Under the pieces are notes generated by a model. That model did not search any database. It saw only the letters and a program-made list of their open reading frames with translations, and was not told the DNA's origin. From assembly GCF_006345805.1 (NCBI RefSeq), contig NC_043012.1:40548001-40612000 (forward strand): DNA of 64,000 bases, written 5' to 3'. The DNA is from Octopus sinensis. Lineage: Eukaryota. The position numbers were made by a program, and so were the translations under genes. This document shows positions 61,150 through 64,000 of this stretch, one piece after another (the first letter of the stretch is position 1; each line of letters begins with the position of its first letter).

Positions 61150-61560
61150 TATCCTACCTTCGCCTCCATAGAGATTAGCTTCTTCGAAATTAAGTACCTA
61201 TCTCTACCATTTGTTGGATACGTTTACTGCTCTTCTAGACGGATTACCCGCATGAAAAATATAGCATCTAAATTCTTCCCTTAATTTTTCCCACTAAAGT
61301 TTCCAGTTATTACTACTCGTCACCCTTTATATTATCAAGCGTTCCACAGAAAGAACTAGCTATATTTCCGTGTGCCACCGGCACTAAAGACTTCCTCTGT
61401 ACAACCTAAGTGACACTTCTACGCTGTTTCAGTTGTACACTTGTTATTGAGAAAACAACATGGTTTTCCTCTTTAAACTTGTGTCAAACAAGGATATATC
61501 CTATCTCCACGTTCCTTTAACTTTGTTATAGATTTTGAACTGAAGAGGGTTGAAAGAAGA
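61150..61560 (-). mobile_element. Possible RTE-type RT relic
   Basis: Only weak remnants (VFSAGGT..., KVKG...YIL). Confidence 0.3.
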
Positions 61561-61634
61561 CACAGGCTCATAGAGGACTACAACAAAGTTCTACTGGATT
61601 TGAATTTTGCCCCTGACATTGCATAACGTACATA

Positions 61635-61825
61635 GGCGAACTGGCAAAATGCTCAGCGGCCACTCGTAGGTTTTTATGTTCTAGGTTCAAATTCCACTGA
61701 GACTTAGTTTGCCTTTCATGTTTAAAGGGTCGATAAAATAAATACCAGGCATGTACTGGGGTCGATGTAATCGGCTTTTCTCCTCCTCCGAAATTGCTGT
61801 GCTTGTGTCAAAATTTGAACCCAAT
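61635..61825 (+). mobile_element. SINE family B, tail type 2
   Basis: GAACTGGCAAAATGCTCAGCGG...TTGCCTTTCATG..GGGTCGATAAAATAAATACCAG. Confidence 0.85.
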
Positions 61826-61849
61826 ATTCATAAGTAAAGACACTGAGAG

Positions 61850-62205
61850 TTTGCGTGGTAAGAAGCTTGCTTCACAACCACATGGTTCCTAGTTCAGTTC
61901 CACTGCGTAGCACCTTGGGTAAGTTCTCCTACTATAGCTCTCAAGCCGACCAAAGCCTTGTGTGTGGATTTGGTAGATGGAAACTGAAAGAATCCCGTCG
62001 TATATATATGTTTGTGTGTCTATATTTGTCTCCCACCATCGCTTGACAACCGATATTGGTGTGTTTACGTCCCCGTAACTTAGCGGTTCGGTCAAAGACC
62101 CCAATAGAATAAGTACTAGGCTTACAAAGAATAAATCCCGGGGTCGATATGTTCGACTGAAGGCGGTGCTCCAGCATGGCCGCAGGCAAATGACTGAAAC
62201 AAATA
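61850..62205 (+). mobile_element. SINE family A
   Basis: GTGGTAAGAAGCTTGCTTCACAACCACATGG...GACTGAAACAAATAAAAGAA. A diverged A-like copy follows at ~62310-62680. Confidence 0.9.
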
Positions 62206-62890
62206 AAAGAATTTACGGATTCTGTAAAGACCACAATGGAGGACACCACTTCCTCATCCCGAATGTCCGGTACCAGGGCGATACAAACATACGCAGGCAC
62301 GCACAATAAACACGGACGTGTAGTTGAGTAGTTCGCTTCGCAACCACTTGGTTGCGGGTTCGATCCCACTGCGAGCATTTTGGGCAAATGTGTTCTACTA
62401 TAATCCCGAGCTGACCAATGCCTTACGAGTGAATTAGGGAAATGGAATCTATAGGAGCCTGTCGTGTGCGTCCTTGTGTTTGGCACCCAACCCAACCGCT
62501 TGGCAACCAGTGTTGGTTTGTTTACGTCCCTGTAAATTAGCGATTCGATAAAAAGCGAACGATAGAATGAATATACATACCAGACTCAAAATATACACCG
62601 GGGTTGGTTTGTTTTGATTAATTTCTTCCAAGTGGTGCCCCAGCATGGTCGTGATACATAACCTGAAACAAAAGAGCATACAAGTGTTTGCGTGTGCTAT
62701 TACAAGTGTGTGTATTTATGTGTGTGTGTGTGTGTTGTGCTTGCGCGCGCGTGCTTCTATGACGCAGTAAATTCCTCGCTAGCCGAACCAATTACTTGAA
62801 CCATTAAAATTAATTCTACATAAATTGGTAATTATTCTATGAAATTATGAACCGATTGTTTCAGCTCTCCATTACTGTGACAGATAGTAA

Positions 62891-63115
62891 TTAAGTTGGT
62901 GCATAATTATTGCGGTTTTTTTTTTCCAATAAATTTTATTCAACAAAAACAATAACAACATTTAACAAAAACCTCTTTAAGTGATTATTCCGGAGCATAT
63001 TCACCATCCACCTCAGTAACTGCTTGGCATTTTATTTAAGCTGGCGTTTTGTTTAAATTTTTTTGTTGAATAAAATTTATTGAAAAAAAGCCGCAATAAT
63101 TATGCAGCAACCTAA
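62891..63115. mobile_element. Complete mariner-derived MITE
   Basis: TTAAGTTGGTGCATAATTATTGCGG ... CCGCAATAATTATGCAGCAACCTAA + TA. The inverted arms extend to about 60 bp. Confidence 0.9.
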
Positions 63116-63126
63116 TAACACACACA

Positions 63127-63164
<38 letters not shown>

Positions 63165-63188
63165 CACACTATACACACACACTCCACA

Positions 63189-63225
<37 letters not shown>

Positions 63226-63231
63226 AGAATC

Positions 63232-63520
63232 AGACTGGCACTTCGTTGGTTACGACGACGAGTATTCCAGTTGATTCGATCAACGGAACAGCCCGCCTGT
63301 GAAATTTAAAAGCGCAAGTGGCTGAGTACTCCACAGACACAGAATGTGACAAGGCTGGCCCCTTTTGAAATTACGGGTACTACTCATTTTTGCCAGCTGA
63401 GTAGACTAGTGCGACGTGAAAAAAAGAGTCTCGTTCAAGGTCACAACGCGTCGCTGGGAGTCGAACTCATGACCTTACAACCGTAAGCCGATTACGCTCA
63501 CCACTAAGCCACACCCCTTC
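63232..63520 (-). mobile_element. SINE with D body and tail X
   Basis: Same architecture as 47003-47322. Confidence 0.9.
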
Positions 63521-63734
63521 ACACACACACACACACACCCTTCCGTGCGATGAGAGTTATAAGGTTGGGGTTACAATTAACCTAGAAACCCACAAATTAA
63601 ACTGCTAACAACTGTCAGTAAAAATTCATTTCAACATCCGTCTACTGACTTGAGACGAATAATGACAGACACAATATGGCCGAGAGATGTGTTAGAAATA
63701 GCAGCTAAATAACTTTCAATTCACTCATATTTAT

Positions 63735-64000
63735 TTATTTATTGCCCACAAGGGGCTAAGCATAGAAGGGACAGACAAGGACAGACAAAGAGATTAAGTC
63801 GATTACATCGACCCCAGTGCATAACTGGTACTTATTTAATCGACCCCGAAAGGATAAAAGACTAAGTCGAGCTCGGTAGAATTTGAACTCAGAATGTAAA
63901 GATAGACGAAATACCTATTTCTTTACTACCCACAAGGGGCTAAACATAGAGAAGACAAACAAGGACAGACAAACGGATTAAGTCGATTACATCGACCCAG
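63735..64000 (-). mobile_element. SINE-B dimer (runs off the window end)
   Basis: Junction GACGAAATAC|CTATTTCTTTACTACCCACAAGG at ~63912; tail type 1 on both units. Confidence 0.9.

Overview
This 64 kb window is eukaryotic and almost entirely repeat-derived. The SINE families and extreme microsatellite load strongly suggest an octopus (coleoid cephalopod) genome; this is inferred, not checked. I found no credible host exon, rRNA, tRNA gene or CRISPR array, and nearly all listed ORFs are translated microsatellites or SINEs. There is one 100-N assembly gap (19991-20090). Recognisable content: (1) more than 40 copies of tRNA-derived SINEs built from interchangeable head, body and tail modules (working names A, B, C, D). 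(2) Decayed non-LTR retroelements: RTE-type reverse transcriptase (RT), L1/Tx1-like ORF1 and 3' ends, a HERO/NeSL-type restriction-like endonuclease (RLE) end, and Penelope GIY-YIG pieces. (3) One solo LTR with a 4-bp target-site duplication (TSD). (4) DNA transposons: a DD37D Tc1/mariner transposase, mariner and pogo MITEs, a piggyBac MITE, and a Helitron carrying a piggyBac transposase fragment. (5) Several long fold-back palindromes and minisatellites. The two most system-like signals are a set of Penelope-type minimal hammerhead-ribozyme motifs, and a putative L1/Tx1-SINE-B partnership (shared 3' end, TTAA/(ATT)n-primed head-to-tail arrays, recurring dimer junction). Family assignments come from motif recognition by eye, and most boundaries are approximate (about +/-10-30 bp) unless a TIR or TSD is quoted.
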